Virus genome (UHGV): UHGV-1366603
Reading direction: 5' to 3' (one strand)
DNA: 64,000 nt
Source: a virus
Every line of letters starts with the position of its first letter. Positions within the stretch are counted from its first letter, which is position 1. Made by a program: the position numbers and the translations under genes. A model generated the notes under the pieces. The model saw nothing but the letters and a program-made list of their open reading frames with translations, did not search any database and was not told the origin of the DNA. This document shows positions 37,613 to 46,860 of this stretch, piece after piece.

Positions 37613-38916
37613 CAGTTAGTACCTGCCTCTGTAACAAGACCATTGACGCTGTCAAGTAATCCTGCTTTCTTGAGAATATATTGATAGTCTGCTTGGTAGA
37701 CATACCAGGTAAGCTTGCGCCGTACGGAATCGATATGTGGATAGCCGTAATAGTTAAATAAAGGCAATAACTGTGGCGCGATAGGAACAAGTTGGCTGCT
37801 GGCCATCGGGATAAAATTCCCCGAAGCGACTGAGCCGGGCTGCGGGAGCATATCTGGGTTAAACATCCCAACAGTTTTATTGAACATCTCCATGTAAAGC
37901 GGATCGTTAAACCGTGCCCCGATTGCTTGCCAGTTGATGTTAATCGTCACGTCGTCATTTAACTGCGGCTTTGAGTTATCGACGTTCGCCATTTGACCCG
38001 CGTTATCGTTCATCGGCCAGGCTACACAAATTGTCCAGAAACGGGTAATGTTCCCTAACGCATCGTAACGTAGACCGTAGATACGTGACTGGTAATCAAT
38101 GCGTCGTTGAATGGAGTTGCGCATCTTCGGACGGAACTTACCCATCTTAATACCCGCCATATACTCCAACCACACACCCATCATTCTCATTAACGGGTCA
38201 CCGTAGGGGTTGTTTAGGGACATTGACACAGAGAACGCGTTGTTGATTTCGTGCGTAGAATCAACCATACCCCACTGTTCGCGCATCAAGCCTTCACTGG
38301 CCATCCAGTTATCGACGGACTGATCGGGTGTTCCGCTTAAACTGATCAGCTGCGTACTGAGTATTGGTATGAACGCTTGTAGATTATCGAATCTTACCTG
38401 CGGCATAAACGGAGTACCTAAGCGGTTTCTTCGTATCCCCGTTTTGCTCTCAACAGGTGAGTCCGAAAACCCTAATTCGAAATCAGGGTCGAGAGCAGCA
38501 AGTATCGAATAATCTAAAGAGTCCTTCGGCTGCAATGCCATGTTTGACATTTTACGCGACTTGGCAATGTTGTCGTAGCACAGGTTGAAATCGGGCCGGG
38601 TAATAAATGTTAGACCACCGTATTCTCGGTTGATTGGCGTGGGGTTAGACGCCATCATATGGTTGAACCCCATGTAGGGGTTGGTCAAACGCTGCGCAGC
38701 AAGACCCAAACCTACAGTAAGGCGGATACGATCGTTCCATGCCGTAAGTTCGGTGTTTGCATCGTAAGGTGTTGCCGGATTGTTGTTGCTGAGTCGGTTA
38801 TTAAAATACCCGGCAACAGAAGGCACCGCGTCCGCGTTATTCGGATTGTGGAGAGAATCGTCGTAATCAGTATTCGGGTCATACCCCGGATCGTTCTTAT
38901 CTGTCTCGTCACTCAT
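37612..38916 (-). CDS. hypothetical protein, 434 aa
   Basis: Minus-strand ORF with GGAG RBS; translationally coupled to the 984-aa gene. Confidence 0.8.
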   Translation of the reverse strand: MSDETDKNDPGYDPNTDYDDSLHNPNNADAVPSVAGYFNNRLSNNNPATPYDANTELTAWNDRIRLTVGLGLAAQRLTNPYMGFNHMMASNPTPINREYGGLTFITRPDFNLCYDNIAKSRKMSNMALQPKDSLDYSILAALDPDFELGFSDSPVESKTGIRRNRLGTPFMPQVRFDNLQAFIPILSTQLISLSGTPDQSVDNWMASEGLMREQWGMVDSTHEINNAFSVSMSLNNPYGDPLMRMMGVWLEYMAGIKMGKFRPKMRNSIQRRIDYQSRIYGLRYDALGNITRFWTICVAWPMNDNAGQMANVDNSKPQLNDDVTININWQAIGARFNDPLYMEMFNKTVGMFNPDMLPQPGSVASGNFIPMASSQLVPIAPQLLPLFNYYGYPHIDSVRRKLTWYVYQADYQYILKKAGLLDSVNGLVTEAGTN

Positions 38917-38942
38917 CTTTAACTCCGGAGTTCATTAGGAAA

Positions 38943-40049
38943 ATGTTAGAAAAAACGTTTGAGACAAGCGTTGTCTCTTTCCTCTCCAGACTTCCCATGC
39001 TGTTTCGTTCGCGTGCGGAGTCGATGGAGGAATTTAACTCCGTGCTCTATAATGAGCACATTACCTTAGTCGAACAAAGCCTGCTGGGTTTAGATTACCT
39101 TCCGGGAATTCTGGAGAAAATCCAAGTTTTGCTGGCAGGAAACCAACTTACTGCAATCTCACTGTTAACGGGTGTGCCTGACGTTGATATTATCGGTACG
39201 CTGGATCAAGTAAGCACTCGTCGTAGCGCACTCGATAACGCAGTGCGGAGCGGCTCACGCTTAGCAGCACTGGCAGTCGGCGAATCTTCCCGCCTAGGAT
39301 TACCATCATACGATAAAATCGGCATTGCTGTGGGTGAATGCGCCCGCCGTGTCGCACAGGAATCCAAAGGTTCCGTTACCGGCGGTAAAGCAGACCCGAT
39401 TAAACAACTGTTCGATCAGGAAGGACTGTCTAACGGGAAAATGTTCTCTGTAACGTTTGAACGTGACGGTAATAAAGTCGAACTTCCAATGCGTTTACGT
39501 TTGGACGTTAAGTCCCTTCCGACCGACCAGATTGAAACTCTGATTGCATTCAGCGACCAGACGAAAACGTTCTGGGAACGTTGGCTGCGTGCACGTGTAG
39601 GTGCACTGAGCTACGTTAAAGACATTGCGTTTTGTAACGACCTGGTAGAAGAATACCGTAAGAACCGTTATCGCGATAAGTCAGGCTACTATCGTAAGAT
39701 GATGGAGAAGAAAAACGGTAACTGGCTGTCTGGCTTGCTGACGCTGGCACCGTCTATTAATAACGCTTCTTCTGTCATGGTGGTTTCTCAAGACACTATC
39801 GACGGTCTGACTGCCCAGCTAGGCGGTGAGTTTGACGATTTCAATATTCGTCAGCGTGTCTTTAAAGACACCTTAACCGTCTATTACGTGGTAGTGGATA
39901 CCGCGTGGAACCGCGTTACTATTTATACTCGCGGTCAGAACGGTTCTCAGGAACTTGATAAATCCGATTTCAGCAAAGCGAAGTCCGGTAGCGCCGATGT
40001 GAACAAAATCATTGAAGCGTATCGCTCTGGCGCACAGCCAGTTCTTTAA
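38943..40049 (+). CDS. hypothetical protein
   Basis: agga RBS; divergent from the 37612..38916 gene across a 26-nt spacer. Confidence 0.8.
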   Translation: MLEKTFETSVVSFLSRLPMLFRSRAESMEEFNSVLYNEHITLVEQSLLGLDYLPGILEKIQVLLAGNQLTAISLLTGVPDVDIIGTLDQVSTRRSALDNAVRSGSRLAALAVGESSRLGLPSYDKIGIAVGECARRVAQESKGSVTGGKADPIKQLFDQEGLSNGKMFSVTFERDGNKVELPMRLRLDVKSLPTDQIETLIAFSDQTKTFWERWLRARVGALSYVKDIAFCNDLVEEYRKNRYRDKSGYYRKMMEKKNGNWLSGLLTLAPSINNASSVMVVSQDTIDGLTAQLGGEFDDFNIRQRVFKDTLTVYYVVVDTAWNRVTIYTRGQNGSQELDKSDFSKAKSGSADVNKIIEAYRSGAQPVL

Positions 40050-40059
40050 GGGGTAAGGC

Positions 40060-40995
40060 ATGGCATTCCCGAATATGCTCGCTATGTTGTTGCCGAGCTT
40101 TGAAGCAACAAACTTGAAAAATCAGCTTTCGTCCAACTGCGATGCAATTGGCGAACAACTTTTACCACGTTTCCAGTCTTTACAAGAACTGGTAGCGTCG
40201 AAAGAAGGCAAACCGTTTAAATCGAAAACGGTACAAGAAATATCCGATGAAGTGGTTAACTACCTGCGGACTTCCGGTCTGGAAGCCAAAGGTCTCCGCA
40301 ATCCATCGATGTTAGAGTACATCGTTTCCTCGATGGAAAACGTGTTGCAGTTGCGTTCTTTCTTAGACCAATGTATTGCGCGTGACATTGGTAAATCGTT
40401 AGTCACGTCTTCAATGACGTTTAATAAATTAACGGTGCTCAGACTGCTTGACCTGATTGATTTCTTCACAGGTTACAGTGCTACGTTACTTAACTACGTT
40501 ACCGCAGAAGAGATTGCCGCTGTCGAAGGCTCGAATATTGAAGTGAAGGGCATCGGTCCGAATGACCTTCAATACCTCAATACTCGTTCGGTCTCTTACT
40601 GCATCGCCATCCGTGTTTTGGCAACGCCGGTAAATAAACTGAAAGCGGATTATGCCGAAATCCCAGAAGCGATTTTCAACGACGAAACTTACGGTGAGTT
40701 GGTTCAGCAGTTCGGTTCGGGCTCGACTGACCCGCTGGGAATGAGCAGTGTACCGTTCCCGATCTCATTGGTACTTCGCGTTCGTTTGAATATTGCTGAA
40801 AGGCAGATGGATAAATACGACGAGTGCGTAGAAGCAGCGAAAGCTGCGGAGTTGCGTATCCTGCTTTACAAAAAGCAAGTAGCGGAAGGTAAGGGAGATG
40901 CGCACATCGAAAAACTCATCGAGCTAAGTGAAAAGCATCTGTTGGAACTCAAGCATAAGCGTGAGCGTCTTGAGAAGAAATACGGTTTAGTGTAA
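40060..40995 (+). CDS. hypothetical protein
   Basis: aaggggtaagg RBS before ATG. Confidence 0.8.
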   Translation: MAFPNMLAMLLPSFEATNLKNQLSSNCDAIGEQLLPRFQSLQELVASKEGKPFKSKTVQEISDEVVNYLRTSGLEAKGLRNPSMLEYIVSSMENVLQLRSFLDQCIARDIGKSLVTSSMTFNKLTVLRLLDLIDFFTGYSATLLNYVTAEEIAAVEGSNIEVKGIGPNDLQYLNTRSVSYCIAIRVLATPVNKLKADYAEIPEAIFNDETYGELVQQFGSGSTDPLGMSSVPFPISLVLRVRLNIAERQMDKYDECVEAAKAAELRILLYKKQVAEGKGDAHIEKLIELSEKHLLELKHKRERLEKKYGLV

Positions 40996-41012
40996 ACCGT
41001 TAGGAGAGCCTC

Positions 41013-41573
41013 ATGTTTGAGCACGATAGTCCCGATTTTAATGTGGCTGTAGAGCGCATTAAAACCTATATGTCGATTTTATCAAAAAACCCAATCGACA
41101 CACACGATGACGAGCTTATTCACAAAACGCTGGAAGCGTGTGCGGTTGTATTACCGTACTTTCGTCTGTTAGCTGCTGACTCTGTGCAGCAGGTATTATA
41201 TGACGAATATCCGCAGGTCGGATTTACCTTTAATACGTTTTATAACGAAAGCGTAGCCTTCCTGCTTGATGGTAAACGACGCACTGTGACGTTAGGACAG
41301 TGGTCCGTATTGCTGTCGTCGTACATGAATGATGTTCGCAATACGAAGAACGTTGAACAGACGGGCTCATTGGGTGCACGTCTTCTTGCTGCTGCGTTTG
41401 GTCGCCGGGGTACTGTACGTAATATGGGTTCCGCTCACCAGTCTGTTGAGTGTAGCAAACGTCTTTTATCTTATGCAGACCATGAACTGCTGGCACGCTG
41501 GATGACACGCCCGAACGGGTTGTCCGACATGATCTCGTCGTTAGCAGTGTTTTTGAAAATCGCACGTCCCTAA
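41013..41573 (+). CDS. hypothetical protein
   Basis: taggagag RBS before ATG. Confidence 0.8.
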   Translation: MFEHDSPDFNVAVERIKTYMSILSKNPIDTHDDELIHKTLEACAVVLPYFRLLAADSVQQVLYDEYPQVGFTFNTFYNESVAFLLDGKRRTVTLGQWSVLLSSYMNDVRNTKNVEQTGSLGARLLAAAFGRRGTVRNMGSAHQSVECSKRLLSYADHELLARWMTRPNGLSDMISSLAVFLKIARP

Positions 41574-41632
41574 GGGGGCCCCTCATTCTAGGGGCGTGTA
41601 ATTGGGTTATATAACCAAAGGAAATAAACGAA

Positions 41633-42904
41633 ATGGCAAATTTCGCAAAAACTCGCGCCGCTCGTGAATCAATGGAAGCGGCCGATGAAGTAATCGACGG
41701 TATCAGCAACGTTGAACCGGCAGAAGAGAACCTGGACGTCCAGCTTGCGGACGTTGCATCTATCGACGGTCAGCTCGAACAGCTGGAAACCGACGGTGAA
41801 ACCCTGGCTGCCGATACCGAGCGTACTGAAGACGCTATCGAACAGGCGGAAGAAGCCGTTGCTAACGGTGAAGAAATGCCGGAAGAAGCGGTTGCCCTGC
41901 ATGAAGTGGCACAGGAATCCATCGCACGTCGTTGGAACCTGGAGCGTACTAAACTGGCTCGCGAATCCTATCGCCGTGGCCGTGGCATGACTGCTGCTGC
42001 GCAGGAAGGCTGGAAAGAAACCCTGAAAGGTCTTTACGAGCGTTTCATTCAGTTCTGTAAAGAAGTAATTGCGAAGATCAAAGACCTGAAACTGAAATAT
42101 TTCAACGTCGGTAAGACCGCACAGAAACGTGCGAAGAAATATCAGGAAATGATCCGCAAGCTGGGCAAACAAGATAAAGACAACATTTCTGGCGGCTTTA
42201 TCACCAAACTGTCCATCGAAGGTAAATTCGATGCTGCTGGCTCTATTGCCATTGCTAAAGAAGTGACCGCAGGTAAAGCTAAAGGTGCTATCAGTGCACT
42301 GGAAAAACAAGCTGGTGAAGCTGTGACTGCTGTTACCAAAGGTGACGATGACGCATTCAAAGCGATGCGTGGTGATCAGCCGGTTGAACTGTTTGGTAAA
42401 GCAGCGTCTAAACTGCATTCTCTGCCGAACTTTGAAAACGGCGATGCGTCTAAACTGCTGGCTCTGCCGGGCAACGCTTACGTTCAGGCTGGTACTAAAG
42501 AACTGGCTGGCGGCCACAAGTTCACCGCAATTGCGTTCATGAGCACCGGTGACGCTTCTGACGATAAAGAAGTGGCTACTCCGTCTGTTTCCGAAATGGC
42601 TGGCGCGGCATCTGCTCTGGAAGCGATCGGTAAAGGCTTCGAAGCTGTACTGAAAGATTTCCGTGCTTACGATTCTGAAATCGTGAAACTGCAACAGGCT
42701 GCTGAAAAAGCGTCCAACGCGCTGAACAACGAAAAAGACGAAAGTAAGTGGGAAGGACTGCGTAATGCACGTCAGGCCGCTGATCAGTCTGTGAAGAACT
42801 ACCAGACCCTGAACCGTGCCGTTAGCTATGTTGCTAACACCGTTATTAGCGGTCTGAACGGTTACCTGGGTGCTGGTATCGGCGCGTACAAAAAGTCTAA
42901 ATAA
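41633..42904 (+). CDS. paralog A of a tandem pair; abundant protein with acidic N-terminal region (possible processed head or internal virion protein)
   Basis: Starts MANFAKTRAARESMEA, ends GLNGYLGAGIGAYKKSK; host-optimal codon usage. Confidence 0.8.
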   Translation: MANFAKTRAARESMEAADEVIDGISNVEPAEENLDVQLADVASIDGQLEQLETDGETLAADTERTEDAIEQAEEAVANGEEMPEEAVALHEVAQESIARRWNLERTKLARESYRRGRGMTAAAQEGWKETLKGLYERFIQFCKEVIAKIKDLKLKYFNVGKTAQKRAKKYQEMIRKLGKQDKDNISGGFITKLSIEGKFDAAGSIAIAKEVTAGKAKGAISALEKQAGEAVTAVTKGDDDAFKAMRGDQPVELFGKAASKLHSLPNFENGDASKLLALPGNAYVQAGTKELAGGHKFTAIAFMSTGDASDDKEVATPSVSEMAGAASALEAIGKGFEAVLKDFRAYDSEIVKLQQAAEKASNALNNEKDESKWEGLRNARQAADQSVKNYQTLNRAVSYVANTVISGLNGYLGAGIGAYKKSK

Positions 42905-42980
42905 TTAGACTTACGCTCGTACAGTTCTTGAAATAAATCAATAGGGGAACGACGTGTTCCCCTTAGAGGAAAAGCTTAAA

Positions 42981-44243
42981 ATGGCAAATTTCGCAAAAAC
43001 TCGCGCCGCTCGTGAATCGATGGAAGCTACTGCTACTGTAGTTCCAGACGGCATCGAACTGCCAGCAGAATCTGTTGAAGGTACTCTGGCCGATATCGAA
43101 CATGATACCAAACCGATCGAAGCCCTGGACGCTGACGCTGAACTGCTGGCCGAAGACGGCGACGAAACTGATGCTCAACTGGATGTCCTGGATGAAGCTC
43201 AGGCCGCTGCCGACGGTGAAGGTGCTGGTGAAGACGGCGAAGAGCCGATGGACGCTGAAGAAGATATGCCGGACGACGCAGCGACTGCGCTGGACGTTGC
43301 TCAGGAATCTATCCGTTCTCGTTGGAACTTCGAACACCGTTCTTCCGTTGCACACGAATCCTACGGTTCTCGTAACCGTCGCCAGGTTGCTCGTGAATCC
43401 CTGTGGGAAGACATTAAAGCATTCCTGAAACGTATCTGGGAATGGCTGAAAGAACAAGGCCGTAAGATCAAAGATCGTTGGCTGAAATTCTCCAACCAGG
43501 GTAAATCCATCCAGGCTCGTTCTAAGAAATACGACGATGCTATTCGTAAACTGGGCAAACAGAAGAAAGATGAAATCTCTGGTGGCTTCATCAAGTCTCT
43601 GTCTATCGACGGTAAATTCGTTGGCGACGATCTGTCGCGCCTGAAGAATATCCTGAACCACGTCTCCACCTACTACAGTGGTAACGTTCAGAGCTTCCTG
43701 AACAACGGTACGGATATGGTTGGTAACGTCGTTAAAGGCGATGGTGCTAAAGTTGAGAAACTGAAAGCAGACTTCGCTGCTCTGGCTAAAGAAGACGTTA
43801 GCAAGTTCAAACTTGGTAACATGGCTCTGAAGATGGAGTACGACGAAGAAGGCGGATTTAGCTCCAGCTATGTGGAAGCTGAAAACCGTGCTGAAACCAA
43901 CGTGAAAACTCCGTCTGTTAGCGAACTGGCTAAGACCAATGCCTTCTTCAACGAAGTGGGTAAACAGATCGAGAAGAACGTTCTGGAATATCGTAAGACT
44001 GAACAGGCTCGCGAGAAATTCAGCCAGCAGATTGAGAAGCTGCTGAAAGAAATCGACAGCGTGAAGATCGACGAAAAACCGCAACTGACCGAATCTGTAC
44101 GTACCGCACGTCGTTACATCAACAGCATTAACCAGGCAGTGTCTCTGGGCGAGAAAGTTATTTCCTCTACTCAGAAACATCTGGCTGGCGGTCTGAACGG
44201 CTATATCTCCGCAGGTATCGCTGCTTACGAAAAATCTAAATAA
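42981..44243 (+). CDS. paralog B of the tandem pair
   Basis: Same N-terminus MANFAKTRAARESMEA and same end GLNGYISAGIAAYEKSK; track start GTG 42954, ATG 42981 with GAGGA RBS preferred. Confidence 0.8.
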   Translation: MANFAKTRAARESMEATATVVPDGIELPAESVEGTLADIEHDTKPIEALDADAELLAEDGDETDAQLDVLDEAQAAADGEGAGEDGEEPMDAEEDMPDDAATALDVAQESIRSRWNFEHRSSVAHESYGSRNRRQVARESLWEDIKAFLKRIWEWLKEQGRKIKDRWLKFSNQGKSIQARSKKYDDAIRKLGKQKKDEISGGFIKSLSIDGKFVGDDLSRLKNILNHVSTYYSGNVQSFLNNGTDMVGNVVKGDGAKVEKLKADFAALAKEDVSKFKLGNMALKMEYDEEGGFSSSYVEAENRAETNVKTPSVSELAKTNAFFNEVGKQIEKNVLEYRKTEQAREKFSQQIEKLLKEIDSVKIDEKPQLTESVRTARRYINSINQAVSLGEKVISSTQKHLAGGLNGYISAGIAAYEKSK

Positions 44244-44260
44244 TCTCTGATTGTTTAGTA

Positions 44261-44307
44261 GGAGAACCACCCTGTAATGGGGTGGTTCTCCCTTTTCTTT
44301 TTTTTTT
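44261..44307 (+). terminator. intrinsic terminator
   Basis: ggagaaccaccc-tgtaat-ggggtggttctcc hairpin followed by a T-rich run. Confidence 0.85.
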
Positions 44308-44322
44308 CGCATTAAAAATAAT

Positions 44323-44339
44323 CTCAGATAGATATTACC
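44323..44339 (+). promoter_or_regulatory. promoter-like motif CTCAGATAGATATTACC
   Basis: Recurring motif about 60 nt upstream of the 44399 start. Confidence 0.5.
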
Positions 44340-44398
44340 TTAGTGAGATTACGCTGTAATCATTTAACGACCTGTTTATTACGTTTAGGAGAATTATC

Positions 44399-45040
44399 AT
44401 GACACGTTACAATTTAGCCGACTTCTGCGATTGTGCCTTTTCTGTTGAAGGTGACAAACTTGTAATGGCTGCGCCAAACGCAAGAGTTTTATCGTTGTAT
44501 CAAGCCGAAGTTATTGCAATTTCGATTTGGTTGGCAAGGGCTATAGACGGCGGCTGTAAGGACCTTGATAAAGAAGTGTTGAAAGTCGGTCGTCGTGAAT
44601 TTGTGTATAAAGCAGAAATCCAGAACCGTTTACCAAAGACCTTTTTAAGCAGCTTGCTTAAAGATGTCAACACCCCAGTTGTCAGCCGAACATTTGACGG
44701 GGTGAAATATTACTCTTTTGAAGATTCGCACGTTGCTATCTGTGAAGGTGAGAATAAGTTTTTTACGACCGTTATCTACTTTCGTATTGCTGAACCTACG
44801 AAAGAAGAACTGGTTTGCAATACTGCGAACGATGTGGCCGTGATGCGTATGGACGATATCACCAGTGAACTATCTGGATTAAATGACATACCGCGTATTG
44901 TGGAGCGAGTCTTGGAAGGAGACGATTACTTTAAGTTGCTTCCGCTGGTAGCAAGCGAAGAAACAGAACAGGAAAGCGCTTTCATTCAGGTTAACCTTAC
45001 CGCTGCACAGGCGGTGGATCGTTTCTTCGAAGCTTTATAA
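44399..45040 (+). CDS. hypothetical protein
   Basis: taggagaa RBS; terminator downstream. Confidence 0.8.
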   Translation: MTRYNLADFCDCAFSVEGDKLVMAAPNARVLSLYQAEVIAISIWLARAIDGGCKDLDKEVLKVGRREFVYKAEIQNRLPKTFLSSLLKDVNTPVVSRTFDGVKYYSFEDSHVAICEGENKFFTTVIYFRIAEPTKEELVCNTANDVAVMRMDDITSELSGLNDIPRIVERVLEGDDYFKLLPLVASEETEQESAFIQVNLTAAQAVDRFFEAL

Positions 45041-45044
45041 TCAG

Positions 45045-45074
45045 AATGCCCTCCGTAGAGGGCATTATTTTTTC
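45045..45074 (+). terminator. intrinsic terminator
   Basis: aatgccctc-cgta-gagggcatt hairpin followed by ttattttttc. Confidence 0.85.
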
Positions 45075-45093
45075 GACCTTTAGGAGAATAGAA

Positions 45094-45645
45094 ATGAACA
45101 AATTTAATATCTTAGACGCTAAAATCGTATCCGAGTCTTCTATTCAGCAAGAAATCTTTCGTGTTCAGTTCGGTGAGAAAGTTCTGAATATTCCGCGCCC
45201 AGTTATGATTGGCTTAGCGATATTCGTTAACAACAGCCATTGCAACGGTTCGGCGTTGTCAGTTCTTGAGTACGGTAACTATCAGTTTTATATTCCAGAA
45301 CATCTCGAGTATAACCGTTTTATTGAACTTAAACCGTTCTATAAGTTCATGCTTGATGCAGGGTATTCGATTCTAACCAAAACGTATATTCGAGACTACT
45401 CGAAGTTAGAATCTTTCTATCGTGCTCGTGGTCTCCGTGTCCCACAACCGTTCGACGGATACCAGACCCGTGTTGTGTTAACTGCACCGCTAACGAAAGA
45501 ATTGGCTTCCTACAAACTGGATATCGAACAAAAACTGCTGCGTGACGACTTACTGAAAATCTATAACCAGTTGTCCGTGGTGCCTTCTTCAACTGTTTCG
45601 AACATTGAACCAGAGTACGGAATAAGACAATACATGGAAGGTTAA
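45094..45645 (+). CDS. hypothetical protein
   Basis: Track ORF starts at 45046 inside the terminator; ATG 45094 with TAGGAGA RBS preferred. Confidence 0.75.
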   Translation: MNKFNILDAKIVSESSIQQEIFRVQFGEKVLNIPRPVMIGLAIFVNNSHCNGSALSVLEYGNYQFYIPEHLEYNRFIELKPFYKFMLDAGYSILTKTYIRDYSKLESFYRARGLRVPQPFDGYQTRVVLTAPLTKELASYKLDIEQKLLRDDLLKIYNQLSVVPSSTVSNIEPEYGIRQYMEG

Positions 45646-45646
45646 G

Positions 45647-45952
45647 ATGAATCCGAGAGCCGACCGAATAGACGTGATACGTTTTGAAGAGTGTGAAACC
45701 GAGTACCAGGTTAAACGTATCGAATTACGTTTAGTTATCCCTAAGCTAAACGAACCTGAGTGGAACGGTGAGCTGATGGTGCCGCTCGCCGAACCAATTA
45801 AAACGGGAGCAGGTGAGATTAATTATCTTCATTTAGAAGCGGCTGGACGAAAAGTAACCGTTTGGCATCTTGCTGACGGTTACAAAACCAGTCAGCTTAC
45901 ACGTAAAGCTTTTATTCGGAAATTAAGAGAGTCGATGGGAGTTGTGAAATGA
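45647..45952 (+). CDS. hypothetical protein
   Basis: Short ORF coupled to its upstream and downstream neighbours. Confidence 0.7.
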   Translation: MNPRADRIDVIRFEECETEYQVKRIELRLVIPKLNEPEWNGELMVPLAEPIKTGAGEINYLHLEAAGRKVTVWHLADGYKTSQLTRKAFIRKLRESMGVVK

Positions 45953-46485
45953 CAGTTACTGTATCTTTGATTGCAGCAGCGGGACTTAATAATGAAATAG
46001 GGAAAGACAATAAACTCCCTTGGCATATTCCCGATGACTTGAAGAACTTCAAAGCACTCACGTCAGGTAAGGTCATCGTGATGGGACGTAAGACGTGGGA
46101 GTCGTTGGGGTATAAACCCTTACCAAACCGTCACCACGTTATCTTAACACGAAAACATGGCGGTGTTCCTGACATCGACGGTGTGTTGAACCTTAAAGGT
46201 GATATGGGGTCGGTTATCGAGTTTCTCAAGAAAGAAGTTGTGGAGAAAGATTACCCGAAAGAAATCTTTATTATTGGTGGCGCAGAGATTTACCAACAGG
46301 CGATGCCTTATGCGGATAAGATTTACTTGTCTCGTGTTGAGGTTAAGGTAGAGGGTGCAGATGCGTTCTTCCCTGAAATCGATCATGACGTGTTTAAATT
46401 GACTTATAACTTAACACACTGCTCGAAACCAGAAAGTGAAATTCCGCGTTGGCATTATCAGATTTGGAAAAGAGATGGAAACTGA
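45949..46485 (+). CDS. frd: dihydrofolate reductase
   Basis: SLIAAAGLNNEIGKDNKLPWHIPDDLKNFKALTSGKVIVMGRKTWESLGYKPLPNRHHVILTR...IIGGAEIYQQ...VEGADAFFP aligns along its length with E. coli FolA motifs. Confidence 0.9.
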   Translation: MTVTVSLIAAAGLNNEIGKDNKLPWHIPDDLKNFKALTSGKVIVMGRKTWESLGYKPLPNRHHVILTRKHGGVPDIDGVLNLKGDMGSVIEFLKKEVVEKDYPKEIFIIGGAEIYQQAMPYADKIYLSRVEVKVEGADAFFPEIDHDVFKLTYNLTHCSKPESEIPRWHYQIWKRDGN

Positions 46486-46771
46486 GTTTGTAACCTTAGA
46501 AAAACTCTTTTTAGGCAGCGTCGCGAAAAGGAAGATAGCCAGTTTCACTTGGAGCCGTACTCCCGTAAAATACGCGTTTCTACGTCGTTTACACTACGAG
46601 AAAAGCATCAAGCTGGTCTTGGTCGTGTTGTTCGAAAACAAACGCGGATTGTTGATTAATAATCATCGTTTTGCGGCGGAAATCTGGGCGACCACATCTG
46701 GCGGCGAGGAAGCGTCTGTTGGCTTTGCTAACGATGAGGTTATCTTTGAGGGTATACCTTATCTGTTATAG
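46475..46771 (+). CDS. hypothetical protein
   Basis: ATG (METEF...) overlaps the DHFR stop; track ORF starts upstream at 46436. Confidence 0.6.
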   Translation: METEFVTLEKLFLGSVAKRKIASFTWSRTPVKYAFLRRLHYEKSIKLVLVVLFENKRGLLINNHRFAAEIWATTSGGEEASVGFANDEVIFEGIPYLL

Positions 46772-46784
46772 CACAGATAAACAT

Positions 46785-46820
46785 AAAAGGGGACTTCGGT
46801 TCCCTTTTATTTTTTTTTCA
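46785..46820 (+). terminator. intrinsic terminator
   Basis: 10-bp stem aaaaggggac/gttccctttt with UUCG loop, followed by a T9 run. Confidence 0.85.
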
Positions 46821-46860
46821 TTTCGCGCCTGTGATATGACTATAACGAAGGAACAAGCCA

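Noticed and set aside
41574-41595. Hairpin gcccct-cattct-aggggc after gene 41013..41573 as an intrinsic terminator
   Set aside because: There is no T-tract after the stem and the next gene starts 40 nt downstream with its own RBS; more likely a weak structure or processing site.
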